From positions 96,001 through 160,000 of the forward strand of contig CAWGVS010000003.1 in assembly GCA_963826115.1 (NCBI GenBank): DNA of 64,000 nucleotides, given 5' to 3'. Position 1 is the stretch's first letter, and each line of letters begins with the position of its first letter. The translations under genes were made by a program, and so were the position numbers. This DNA comes from an uncultured Candidatus Rokubacteria bacterium (GTDB lineage: Bacteria > Methylomirabilota > Methylomirabilia > Rokubacteriales > DASRDR01). Below the pieces are notes generated by a model. It saw nothing but the letters and a program-made list of their open reading frames with translations, made no database searches and was not told where the DNA came from. Shown here piece by piece: positions 1-9,314 of the stretch.

Positions 1-1
1 G

Positions 2-391
2 CTGGCGGCGCGCGCGACCCGGGATCCGCGTGCCCGGATGGCCTGGGACGCGCTGATCGAGGCCGCGGCCAAGCTCGTGGCGGCGCTGAGGGTCACCGCG
101 CCCGGCGCGCGCGAGGTGCTGCTCTCGGGACGCGTGGGCCGCGTGCCGACCGTCGTCGAGGCGCTCGAGCGTCGGCTCGCCGGCGCGCTCCCCGTGCGCC
201 CCCTCGACCGCTTCACCGACCGCGTGAAGGAAGCGGCCCAGGGCGCGGCGCTGCTCGCGGACGGCCTCGCCGGCGGCCAGCATCGGGAGATCGTCGAGGC
301 ACTGCGCCTCCGCGCGAGCGGCGGCTCGGTGCTCGACCATCTCTACGTGGCGGGCGCGGACGAGGTGCGGCGCCGCTTCGGGCTGGCGTGA
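2..391 (+). CDS. DUF1464-family (COG2441-like, ASKHA kinase-related) protein, C-terminal part; 5' end lies outside the window
   Basis: Frame open from the window edge; C-terminal motifs VLLSGR and KEAAQGAALLADGLAGG recalled from DUF1464; stop overlaps the next start (GTGA). Confidence 0.7.
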   Translation: MAARATRDPRARMAWDALIEAAAKLVAALRVTAPGAREVLLSGRVGRVPTVVEALERRLAGALPVRPLDRFTDRVKEAAQGAALLADGLAGGQHREIVEALRLRASGGSVLDHLYVAGADEVRRRFGLA

Positions 392-1509
392 GGGTCCTGA
401 TCGCCGGACTCACGACCCGGGCCATGGCCGAATCCGCGGCGCGCGCCGGCGCCGAGATCGTCACCGTCGATTACTTCGGCGACCTGGACCAGCGACGCCT
501 CTGCGAGACCCACCCCCTGCGCGACCACGGCTTCGGCTACTCGCCGTCGGCGATCCTCGAGGTCGCGCGCAGCCTCGCCTACGACGCCGTCGTCTACTGC
601 GGAGGCCTGGAGAACCATCCCGACGTCGTCGCCGAGCTCGTCCGCGGCCGGGTGCTCCTCGGGAACGCGCCCGAGACGCTCCGCCGGGTGCGCGATCCGC
701 GCGCGATCTTCGCCCGGCTGGCCGGCCGCGGCTTCGCGGTGCCCGCGACCCGCTTCCCGGACGATCCCCTGCCCGTGTCCGGCCGGTGGCTCCTGAAGCC
801 GGCGCGCGGAGGCGGCGGCCAGGGCGTGCGCCCGTGGGGCGGCCGGCCCCCCGCGGCCACGGAGATCCTGCAGGAGGTCGTGGACGGCGTCAGCGGCTCG
901 GCCTCGTTCGTGGCCGACGGGCGACGGAGCATCGTCCTCGGCTGGACCGAGCAGCTCCGTCCGCCGCGAAGCTTCCGGTACGGCGGCAACGTCATGCCGC
1001 TCGAGGCCCGCGAGGCCACGCACGTGGAGGTCCGGGCGATTGCCGACGCGCTCACGGAGGAATACGGGCTCCGCGGTCTGAACGGCGTCGACTTCGTCCT
1101 GCGCGACGACCGGCCGGTCGTGCTCGAGGTAAACCCGCGGTACTGCGCGTCGATGGAGCTGGTCGAGCGCGCCCTCGGGGTATCCGTGTTCGGCCTCCAC
1201 GTGGCCGCCTGCCGGGGTGATCTCCCCGCCCGGGTTGGCGAGGTCACCGGGGCGTGGGGCAAGGCGATCGTCTATGCGCGGCGAACGGTGGCGGCGCCGG
1301 ACACGACGGCCTGGCTCGACCGGGGCGTCCGCGACGTGCCGCACCCCGGCGAGGTCATCCGCGCGGGCCACCCGATCTGCACGGTGCTGGCCACGGCGCC
1401 GACGCCGGCGCTCTGCAAGGCCGCGCTCGCCGAGGACGCCGCCCTGATCGAGGCTGCCTGCTCGCCGATCGACGGCCCCGACGCGGTCGACGGCGCCGAG
1501 GAAGCGTAA
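388..1509 (+). CDS. ATP-grasp domain protein (COG2232-like carboligase, family linked to H4MPT/methanofuran C1 gene clusters)
   Basis: N-terminal RAMAESAARAG..DYFGDLD; LLKPARGGGG; GVDFVL; EVNPRY ATP-grasp motifs. Confidence 0.8.
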   Translation: MRVLIAGLTTRAMAESAARAGAEIVTVDYFGDLDQRRLCETHPLRDHGFGYSPSAILEVARSLAYDAVVYCGGLENHPDVVAELVRGRVLLGNAPETLRRVRDPRAIFARLAGRGFAVPATRFPDDPLPVSGRWLLKPARGGGGQGVRPWGGRPPAATEILQEVVDGVSGSASFVADGRRSIVLGWTEQLRPPRSFRYGGNVMPLEAREATHVEVRAIADALTEEYGLRGLNGVDFVLRDDRPVVLEVNPRYCASMELVERALGVSVFGLHVAACRGDLPARVGEVTGAWGKAIVYARRTVAAPDTTAWLDRGVRDVPHPGEVIRAGHPICTVLATAPTPALCKAALAEDAALIEAACSPIDGPDAVDGAEEA

Positions 1510-1618
1510 CACCCGGGTCGCGGCGACTTGATAGCTGTCCGCCGAGGCGGGCGAGGACTTCGGAGCCCGCGCGTGCCGCTACGTCGCCATCGACGGAAGG
1601 CCTGCAAGACCTGCTGAG

Positions 1619-2491
1619 CTAGGCCTTCACGCCCCTGCCGCTCCGCGGCTTCCACTCCATGACCACGTGACGCTGGACGCCGAGACGCTCGATCCCCATC
1701 TCCACGACGTCGCGCGGGACGAGGTAGCGCGGCGGCCGCGCGCCGTGGCCCACGCCGGCGGGCGTGCCGGTGGAGATCAGGTCGCCGGGCTGGAGCGACA
1801 TGAACCGGCTCACGTAGGCCACCAGCATGCGCACCGGGAAGACCATGTGGCGGGTGTGGCCGTCCTGCCGGCGCACCCCGTTGACGGTCGTCCAGAGGCG
1901 CAGGTCCTGCGGGTCGGGAACCTCGTCGGCCGTGACCAGCCAGGGGCCCACGGGGCCGAAGGAGTCGGCGCTCTTGCCCTTGGTCGTGGTGCCGCCGTGC
2001 TCCATCTGGAACGCGCGCTCCGAGACGTCGTTGACGATGGTGTAGCCGGCCACGTACGAGAGCGCGCGCGCCTCGTCCACGTAGCGCGCCTCGCGGCCGA
2101 TGACCGCGGCCAGCTCCACCTCGTAGTCGAGCTTCGTCGCGTCACGCGGCCGCACGATGGGATCGCTCGGCCCCGAGAGGGCGCTGGGCGCCTTGATGAA
2201 CACCGTGGGCTCGGCGGGAAGCGGGAGTCCCACCTCCTCGGCGTGGTCGGTGTAGTTGAGCCCGATGCACACCATCTTGCCGATCCCGGCCAGCGGGCAG
2301 CCGAGACGCGGTCGGCCCCGCACCGCGGGGAGGCGCGCGACCTTGAGGCCGCGGAGCCGCGCGAGACCGGCGGGGGCGAGGAGCGCGGGCGTGATGTCCC
2401 GCACGGCGCGGGAGACGTCGCGCAGTGTGCCCTCGTCATCGATCAGTCCCGGCTTCTCGTCGCCGGGACGGCCGTACCGGACGAGCTTCAT
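1619..2491 (-). CDS. Fumarylacetoacetate hydrolase family protein
   Basis: CIGLNYTDH, DYEVEL, NDVSER, GDLISTGTPAGVG motifs. Confidence 0.93.
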   Translation of the reverse strand: MKLVRYGRPGDEKPGLIDDEGTLRDVSRAVRDITPALLAPAGLARLRGLKVARLPAVRGRPRLGCPLAGIGKMVCIGLNYTDHAEEVGLPLPAEPTVFIKAPSALSGPSDPIVRPRDATKLDYEVELAAVIGREARYVDEARALSYVAGYTIVNDVSERAFQMEHGGTTTKGKSADSFGPVGPWLVTADEVPDPQDLRLWTTVNGVRRQDGHTRHMVFPVRMLVAYVSRFMSLQPGDLISTGTPAGVGHGARPPRYLVPRDVVEMGIERLGVQRHVVMEWKPRSGRGVKA

Positions 2492-2545
2492 GGAAGGCGA
2501 GCGTAGCGCCCTTGGAGGACGCCCGCAACCGGACCGCGCCGCCGG

Positions 2546-4033
2546 TCAGCGCCGGCGCGCCGCCTCGATGGCCTGGGCGAGCCGCTCCATGCCGCGCCGC
2601 GCGGCGTCGGGACGCACCGCCGCGAAGCCGAGGACGAGGCCGTCCGGCCGGGGCGCCCGCCCCGCGAAGTACGCCGACAGCGGCGCCGCCTCGACCCCTC
2701 GGGCGGCGGCCTCCTCCGAGACGCGGCGGGCGTCCGCGCCGTCGAGGTCCGCGACGGCATGGAGGCCGGTCTGCACGGGCCGGACGCGGAGCGCGCCGCC
2801 GCAGAGTCGCGCCGCCGCCGACACCATGGCCTCGAGCCGCTCGCGGTAGGCGACGCGCATCCGGCGGAGATGCCGGGCGAAGTGGCCGCCGACGATGAAG
2901 TCGGCCAGCACCGCCTGGTCGAGCGTCGGCGGGTGCTGGTCGGCGGCCGCCCGCGCGGCGACCAGCTGCGGCCGGAGGTCCGGGGGCACGATGAGGAAGC
3001 CGAGGCGGAGCGCCGGGAAGAGCGTCTTGCTGAAGCTCCCCACGTAGATCACGCGGCCGTCGGGATCGAGCCCGTGGAGGCACGGGATCGGCCGCGCCCC
3101 GTAGCGGAACTCGCTGTCGTAGTCGTCCTCGATGACCCACGCGCCCGCGTCACGGGCCCATGCGAGGAGGGCGAGCCGCCGCGGCAAGCTCATCGGCACG
3201 CCGAGCGGGTACTGGTGGGACGGCGTCACGTACGCGAGGCGCGCGTCGGCCGCGCGGCGGACGCCGTCGCCGACGTCCAGCCCCTCCGCATCGACGCGCA
3301 CGGGGACGATCCGCGCGCCCGCCGCCCGCAGCGCGCTCCGTGCGCCGGGGTAGCCCGGCTCCTCGATCCAGGCGCGGTCACCCGGATCCAGGAGCAGGCG
3401 GCAGACGAGCTCGAATCCCTGCTGGGCGCCGGCCACCATCACGACCTGGTCGGGCTCGCAGCGCGTCCCCCGGGCGGTCTCCACGTGGCTCGCGATGGCC
3501 TCGCGGAGGACCCCGAGGCCCGCGGGGTCGCCGTAGTCGAGCTGCGCCGCCGTGACCATCCGCAGCCGGCGGCCGGCGAGCCGCTGCCAGAGCGCGACCG
3601 GAAAGAGGTCCACGCCGGGCGTGCCGAGCCGGAAGGGGCGCGGCGGCCCGCCCAGTCGGCGCGCGCCTTCTCGCACGGCCGCCACCGAGGCCCCGCGGCG
3701 GGACAACGCGGGATGCCGGAGCCTCGAGACCCGCCCGGCGCCGGCCCGCGCGACGAGGTCGTCCGGCAGCTCGTGGGCGACGGCCGTGCCGGAGCCCCGT
3801 CGTGCGGTGAGGTACCCCTCGGCCTGGAGCTGCTGCATCGCGAGGAGCGTGGTCGTGCGAGAGACGCCCAGGTCGACGGCAAGCGCGCGCGACGAGGGAA
3901 TCCGCGTTCCTGGGCCGATCACGCCGTCGAGGATCGCGCGCCGGATGCTCGCGTAGATCTGCTGCTGAAGCCCCTCACGGAGCCGGGCGTCGAGGCGGAC
4001 GAGGAGGCTCGGGGCCGCGCGCGGAGTGGCCAT
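2546..4033 (-). CDS. MocR/GabR-family regulator (GntR HTH plus PLP aminotransferase-like domain)
   Basis: N-terminal PSSRALAVDLGVSRTT HTH; TPSHQYPLG, IEDDYDSEF, GSFSK(PLP-Lys)TLFPALRLG; start moved to ATG 4033. Confidence 0.93.
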   Translation of the reverse strand: MATPRAAPSLLVRLDARLREGLQQQIYASIRRAILDGVIGPGTRIPSSRALAVDLGVSRTTTLLAMQQLQAEGYLTARRGSGTAVAHELPDDLVARAGAGRVSRLRHPALSRRGASVAAVREGARRLGGPPRPFRLGTPGVDLFPVALWQRLAGRRLRMVTAAQLDYGDPAGLGVLREAIASHVETARGTRCEPDQVVMVAGAQQGFELVCRLLLDPGDRAWIEEPGYPGARSALRAAGARIVPVRVDAEGLDVGDGVRRAADARLAYVTPSHQYPLGVPMSLPRRLALLAWARDAGAWVIEDDYDSEFRYGARPIPCLHGLDPDGRVIYVGSFSKTLFPALRLGFLIVPPDLRPQLVAARAAADQHPPTLDQAVLADFIVGGHFARHLRRMRVAYRERLEAMVSAAARLCGGALRVRPVQTGLHAVADLDGADARRVSEEAAARGVEAAPLSAYFAGRAPRPDGLVLGFAAVRPDAARRGMERLAQAIEAARRR

Positions 4034-4154
4034 ATCCAGGGTCGTCTCTCCCGATCTACCGATCATACCAGCCCGGCGGAGCGGCCAAGTGGCCGCATGC
4101 CCCGGCGCGAAACTGGATCTCCGCTGGGCGCGCCGGCCGGTCGACAATCGGCGC

Positions 4155-4982
4155 ATGAGCCAGAGCCCGGCCGATGACCTGTTCGCCTTCGCGCGGTTCC
4201 ACGCCCGTCCCGCCCACGAGGCCGCGGTGGCCGACGCGCTGCTCGACGTCGTCGGCCCTACCGGAGAGGAGCCCGGGTGCCTCGGCGTCCACGCGTACCG
4301 GTCTGCCCGCGACCCGCGACTCTTCTACATCCACTCCCGCTGGAGGGACGAGCCGGCGTTCGAGCGGCACGCCGTCCTGCCGCACACGGTCCGCTTCCTG
4401 GAGCGCGTGGGGCTCCTGATCGACCACCCCCTCGACGTCGCGCGCACGCGACGGCTCGACAGGCCGGAGCTGGAATCCGCGCCCGCACTGCGCGGCCGGC
4501 CGGCGCGCGACGGCGCCCGCGACTTCGACTTCCTGGTCGGCCGGTGGCACATCCGCCACGAGCGGCTGCCGGAGCGCCTCCAGGGCTGCACGAAATGGGA
4601 GACGTTCGATGCCACCGGGGAGGCGCACCCGCTGCCCGGCGGCCTCGGCAACACGGACCACTTCCGCACGGACCACTGGCCGGGCTTCGTGGGGATGTCC
4701 GTCCGGCTCTACGACCCCCGAACGCGGCTGTGGAGCATCTACTGGGCCAGCACCCGAACCGGGTCGTTCGAGCCGCCCGTCGTCGGGTCGTTCGCCGACA
4801 GCGTGGGCGTGTTCGAGGGTCGCGACATCCTCGATGGCCGGCCCATCCTCGTCCGCTTCGTCTGGTCGCGTATCACCGCGACCGGGGCACGCTGGGAGCA
4901 GGACTTCTCGCCGGACGAGGGACACACCTGGGAGAAGAACTGGATCATGACCTTCACGCGGGCGGAGCCCGAGGCGTCGTGA
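4155..4982 (+). CDS. Antibiotic-biosynthesis monooxygenase (ABM) domain fused to a DUF1579-like domain
   Basis: EEPGCL..YIHSRW..AFERH (ABM); DFDFLVGRW...RWEQDFSPDEGHTWEKNW (DUF1579-like); divergent from the MocR regulator. Confidence 0.75.
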   Translation: MSQSPADDLFAFARFHARPAHEAAVADALLDVVGPTGEEPGCLGVHAYRSARDPRLFYIHSRWRDEPAFERHAVLPHTVRFLERVGLLIDHPLDVARTRRLDRPELESAPALRGRPARDGARDFDFLVGRWHIRHERLPERLQGCTKWETFDATGEAHPLPGGLGNTDHFRTDHWPGFVGMSVRLYDPRTRLWSIYWASTRTGSFEPPVVGSFADSVGVFEGRDILDGRPILVRFVWSRITATGARWEQDFSPDEGHTWEKNWIMTFTRAEPEAS

Positions 4983-5731
4983 TGCGACCGGCGATCCGCG
5001 TGCTCGAGCTGCGCAACTATCTTCTCCAGCCTGGCCGGACGCACGATTTCCTCCGGTACTTCGAGGAGCACTTCCTGCGGTCCCAGCGGGACGAGGGCAT
5101 GCACGTGCTGGGTCAGTTCGAGCTCGATGGCGAGCCGGACCGCTTCGTCTGGATCCGCGGCTTCGAGGACATGCCGACACGACTCCGCGGGCTGACCGAC
5201 TTCTACGGCGGCGCGTTCTGGCAGGCGCGCCGTGACGCGACGAACGCGATGCTGCTCGACCACGAGAACGTGCACCTGCTCCGGCCGCTCGGGCCCGTCG
5301 ACGCGCTCACCGGCGGCGAGGAACTCGAGGACCGGGCCGCGGCACCCCTCGCGACGACGCCCCCCGAGGCCGGCCTGGTGGTCGTCGACTTCTACCGCGT
5401 CGACCCCGCGGATCTCGGGGAGGCGGTCGCGCTCTTCGAGCGGCGCGGCCGCGCGGCGCTCGACGAACAGGGGCACGCCGTGCTCGCGCACCTCGTCGGC
5501 GAGGCCGCGCCGAACGACTACCCGCGGCTCCGGGTCATCCAGGATCCCGGGCTCGTCGTGGTCGTCTCCGCCTATCGCGACGCGGCGCACTGCGCCGAGG
5601 CGCGGCGCGACTGGGACGCCCGCGGTCCGCGCTCCGACGCTCCGCTGCGGCCGCTGCTGACGGGAGCGCTGACGACGCTTCGCCTGCGGCCGACCGCCCG
5701 GTCACTCATCCGCTACCGGGGCGCCGTCTAG
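4982..5731 (+). CDS. NIPSNAP-family protein (two alpha+beta barrel repeats)
   Basis: VLELRNYLLQPG...FVWIRGFEDM; ATG overlaps the upstream stop (TGATG). Confidence 0.75.
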   Translation: MRPAIRVLELRNYLLQPGRTHDFLRYFEEHFLRSQRDEGMHVLGQFELDGEPDRFVWIRGFEDMPTRLRGLTDFYGGAFWQARRDATNAMLLDHENVHLLRPLGPVDALTGGEELEDRAAAPLATTPPEAGLVVVDFYRVDPADLGEAVALFERRGRAALDEQGHAVLAHLVGEAAPNDYPRLRVIQDPGLVVVVSAYRDAAHCAEARRDWDARGPRSDAPLRPLLTGALTTLRLRPTARSLIRYRGAV

Positions 5732-6747
5732 CGGAGGACGCGAAGCGCACCACCGTCGGGGAGGAAGCCCGAGCCGACCACGAGGCGGCGGCCACCAGAC
5801 TGGTCCGCCTCGAGGTGGCCGGTCACGACGACGCGCTCGCCCGGCTCCGCCGCGTTGCAGTAGAGGCCCTCGAAGCTCACGACCTCGTCAAGCGGGCCCG
5901 GCGGCCCTTCGAGCCACCGCACGTCCGCAACCCGGTACACCGCGGGAAGGAACATCGCCTCGCCGGCATCGATCACACGCGCCTCGACCACCGCGCGCCC
6001 CAGCGGAGCGTAGCGCCGGTCGCCGTAGCCCTCGCGGATCTCCTCGTCGGTCCGGGTCGGGTGGAGCGACACGTAGCGCCCGCGGAAGAGCCGGTAGTGC
6101 CAGCGTCGGGCGTCGAGGTCCAACGTCGCGTCCGGGGCGAGCCCGAAGCGCGCGGCGGTCTCCTCGCGCCACGCGGCCCGCCGCGCGGCGGGCAGTGGCA
6201 CGAGCCCCTCGCCCGCGAGCCCGTCGATCACCGCCCTGAGTCGCCGCGCGTGCTCCGCCCCGTAGATCAGGAGGTCGATGTCGGAGAACGCCGGATCGTG
6301 GAGACCGAGGAGGATCGACCCCGAAATGCCGAGCGCGTCCAGGGGTACGCCGGCCGAGCCGGCCAGGAGCGTCGCGAGGTCGCGGGTCTCGCGCTCGAGC
6401 GCGTCCGCCGGCATCGCCACGATCTCCGCCAGCCGGTGCTCGGGCACGTAGTAGCGGGCCACCGCGTCGCGAGGAACGTGGGAGAACCGGAGGCCCGTGG
6501 CCGGGTCGGTCCACAGGTACCGCGGGTGCGCGGCCTCGAGCCATTCGAGGGTTCGGCGCACGTGGCGGACGTGATAGTAGGGCAACTCCCGCTGGTACGC
6601 GACCTCGCCGCGCGCCCACTTACCGGCGGCGGCCGGCGTGTACTTGAGGTACGCGACGAACCGGTCCGGTGGATGGACGTAGCCCACCACGCAGAAGAGG
6701 AGCCCCTCCGGCGTCTCGACGAAGTCCCGGTCCCTCGGGCGCCGCAT
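5728..6747 (-). CDS. Predicted nucleotidyltransferase (COG1665-like, mostly archaeal family)
   Basis: N-terminal RDRDFVET..LFCVVGYVHP...YLKY; GS(x)nDIDL pol-beta motif; OB-like C-terminus. Confidence 0.7.
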   Translation of the reverse strand: MRRPRDRDFVETPEGLLFCVVGYVHPPDRFVAYLKYTPAAAGKWARGEVAYQRELPYYHVRHVRRTLEWLEAAHPRYLWTDPATGLRFSHVPRDAVARYYVPEHRLAEIVAMPADALERETRDLATLLAGSAGVPLDALGISGSILLGLHDPAFSDIDLLIYGAEHARRLRAVIDGLAGEGLVPLPAARRAAWREETAARFGLAPDATLDLDARRWHYRLFRGRYVSLHPTRTDEEIREGYGDRRYAPLGRAVVEARVIDAGEAMFLPAVYRVADVRWLEGPPGPLDEVVSFEGLYCNAAEPGERVVVTGHLEADQSGGRRLVVGSGFLPDGGALRVLR

Positions 6748-6914
6748 CCTCCGGATGCTACCGCCCGCGCCGAGACACCGCCACGGGTGCGACGCCGCGT
6801 CGCCCGGCGCTCGCGCGATGGCCCGCCCGCCGTTTGCGCTACACTCTGCCCCTGTGCGCGTGATCCCGCCCGCTCGTCGTTTCCGCTTCCATCGCGCGGC
6901 GCTCCAGCGCTCCG

Positions 6915-7838
6915 ATGGCTGAGACGGCCGGGGCGTCCCCCGGCCAGGCGGTCGACGCGGCTCGAGCGGGCCGCACCCGCGGGTTCGCCCTCGCCCTCAG
7001 CGCGACGGTCTTCTGGAGCCTCGCCGGGCTCCTGATCCGCCTCATCGGAGAGGCCACGAGCTGGCACATCATCCTGTACCGCTCGATCGGCGCCGCGATC
7101 ATGGTGGCCACCATGATCGCCGTCGTCCATCGCGGGCGCGTGGCCGAGGCGTTCCGGCACGCGGGCTGGCCCGCGGTCCTGGCGGGCGCATGCTCGAGCG
7201 CGTCGTCGGTGTTCTTCATCCTCGCGCTGGGCCGGATCACGGTGGCGAACGCGACGTTCATGGGCGGCATCACGCCCTTCCTCGCGGCGCTCGGGGCTCA
7301 GATCTTCCTCGGCGAGCGCGTCCCGCGCCGGGCCTGGGGAGCGATGGGCCTGGCGGCCGCGGGCGTCACGTTGATGCTTGGCGGGGGCCTGGCGCTCGGC
7401 CAGCTGTCCGGGAACCTGCTCGCGCTCTGCTCCGCCGTCGCGTTCGCCGGCCACGCGCTGTTCCTGCGCTGGAATCGCCGGAGCGACATGCTGCCGGCCG
7501 TCGTCTACGCGGGGATCCTGGGCATCCTCTTCGGGCTCCTGGCGCTCGGGGCGAGCGGCGTCTCGCCCCGGGTCACGCCCCGGGACCTCGGGCTCGCCCT
7601 CACGATGGGCGTCGTCCAGCTCGGCGGCGGGCTCGTCCTCTACACGCGCGCGTCGCGTTACCTCCCGGCGGCGGAGCTCCAGCTCGTCGCGACGGCCGAG
7701 CTGGTCCTGGCCCCGCTCTGGGTGTGGATCGGCGTCGGCGAGGCGCCGGGCGCGGCGACGCTCGCCGGCGGGACGCTCATCCTCCTCGCCATCCTGATGC
7801 AGGCGCTCGGCGCCCGCGAGCGACTCGCCGCGCGGTGA
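6915..7838 (+). CDS. DMT/EamA-family transporter
   Basis: About 10 hydrophobic segments in two repeats; ELVLAPLWVWIGVGE motif. Confidence 0.88.
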   Translation: MAETAGASPGQAVDAARAGRTRGFALALSATVFWSLAGLLIRLIGEATSWHIILYRSIGAAIMVATMIAVVHRGRVAEAFRHAGWPAVLAGACSSASSVFFILALGRITVANATFMGGITPFLAALGAQIFLGERVPRRAWGAMGLAAAGVTLMLGGGLALGQLSGNLLALCSAVAFAGHALFLRWNRRSDMLPAVVYAGILGILFGLLALGASGVSPRVTPRDLGLALTMGVVQLGGGLVLYTRASRYLPAAELQLVATAELVLAPLWVWIGVGEAPGAATLAGGTLILLAILMQALGARERLAAR

Positions 7839-7842
7839 GTCG

Positions 7843-7868
7843 GGCCCGCGAGCGTCTCCCCGCGGGCC
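7843..7868. terminator. GC-rich hairpin between convergent genes
   Basis: GGCCCGCG (7843-7850) pairs with CGCGGGCC (7861-7868); no U-tract. Confidence 0.4.
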
Positions 7869-7884
7869 GGCTCGCGCGCCGGCG

Positions 7885-9294
7885 TCAGCGAGCCCGCCGC
7901 CGGAACGACCGCGACCGCAGCCTTCGCTGAAAGCGCAGGGTCCGGTCGGTCAGGCTCCCCTTCCGGATCCGCAGGCCCCGGCGGTCGAGCTCGCCCACCG
8001 GCTCGCCCAGCGCGACCTCGAGGCCGGCCGACTTCACCAGTCCGAGCCGCTGACTCGCGTAGACGCTCCGGTGCCCGACCATCAGGAAGGCCGCGCCGGC
8101 GCAGAGGGCCGCATACACGCCGATGGGCCCGGGCAGAAGCTCCATGCCCATCACGGCGGCCGCGATCGGCGTGTTGGTCGCCGCGGCGAGGACGGCGACG
8201 AATCCGAGCGCCGCGAACAGGCCGACGGGCAGGTGCAGGAGGTGCGCGAACACCGCTCCGCTCGTGGAGCCGATGAAGAAGATCGGGGTGACGATCCCGC
8301 CACTCCCTCCAACTCCCAGGGTCAGCGCGGCCGCGCCGATCTTCACGAGCGGGGCGGTCGCGTCGATCTCTGCCGCCTTCCCCATGAGGGCCGCCTCGAT
8401 CGTCGGCGTCCCGAGGCCAGCATAAGCGTCGCCGACCAGCCGGAACAGCACGGTCAGCGCGAAGCCGCCGAGGATCGCGATCCGGTACGGGTGCGCCGCG
8501 GCCAGCGGTCGGAGGCTCCGGTCGAGCATGCGCATCGCCTCGATCAGGAGGAGCGCGACGAGCCCCGCAATCGCGCCGAAGCCGATGGACAGCGCCACGA
8601 GATCGGTTCGGCCCAGCCCGCCCAGGTCCTGGTGGAGCGCGGGCACCGGCGGCGTCACCCCGCTCACGAGGTGCGCGATGATGCCGGCAACCAGGCAGGG
8701 AAACAGCACCGGATACTCGATGCGGCCAAGGTAGAGCACCTCGATCCCGAAGAGCGCGCCCGACACGGGCGTGCCGAACACCGCGGCGAATCCCGCCCCG
8801 ATGCCGCAGATCACCAGGCGGCGGCGGTCCTCGTCCGAGAGACGAAGGCGGTCCGCGAAGAAGCTCGTGATGGCCGCGCCGATCTGCGCGCACGGGCCCT
8901 CCTTGCCGACCGAGCCGCCGAACGCCAGCGTCAGGATCGTGGCGAGGAGCTTGACGGGGGCCACCCGCCAGTCGATGCGTCCCGACTGCTGGTGCACGGC
9001 GGCGATGACGGCCTCGGTCCCGTGGCCCCGGGCGCTCGGCGCGAATCGACGCGTGAGCCAGACGCTGACGGGCAGCGCGAGAACGAGAAAGTCGTGGAAC
9101 CGAAGGCCGCGGGGCGTCAGCCACGTCGCCACCCTCGTCGAGAAGGCCAGCGCCGACAGGAATGCCCGCGTCCCCAGCCCGACGCACACCCCCGCGACGA
9201 CGCCCAGCAGGGCCCACTTGAGAGTGGTGATGGCGAGCGCGGTGTGCTCCGTGTACCAGCGAATCTCCTCGTCGGACGAAGTGGCGGCGGCCAT
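7885..9294 (-). CDS. CLC-family chloride channel/transporter, no CBS domain
   Basis: GHGTE, GGSVGKEGP, FGTPVSGALFGIEV, GGIVTP and C-terminal SVY motifs; start set at ATG 9294. Confidence 0.9.
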   Translation of the reverse strand: MAAATSSDEEIRWYTEHTALAITTLKWALLGVVAGVCVGLGTRAFLSALAFSTRVATWLTPRGLRFHDFLVLALPVSVWLTRRFAPSARGHGTEAVIAAVHQQSGRIDWRVAPVKLLATILTLAFGGSVGKEGPCAQIGAAITSFFADRLRLSDEDRRRLVICGIGAGFAAVFGTPVSGALFGIEVLYLGRIEYPVLFPCLVAGIIAHLVSGVTPPVPALHQDLGGLGRTDLVALSIGFGAIAGLVALLLIEAMRMLDRSLRPLAAAHPYRIAILGGFALTVLFRLVGDAYAGLGTPTIEAALMGKAAEIDATAPLVKIGAAALTLGVGGSGGIVTPIFFIGSTSGAVFAHLLHLPVGLFAALGFVAVLAAATNTPIAAAVMGMELLPGPIGVYAALCAGAAFLMVGHRSVYASQRLGLVKSAGLEVALGEPVGELDRRGLRIRKGSLTDRTLRFQRRLRSRSFRRRAR

Positions 9295-9314
9295 CTCCCG
9301 CAGTGTACGCCCCG

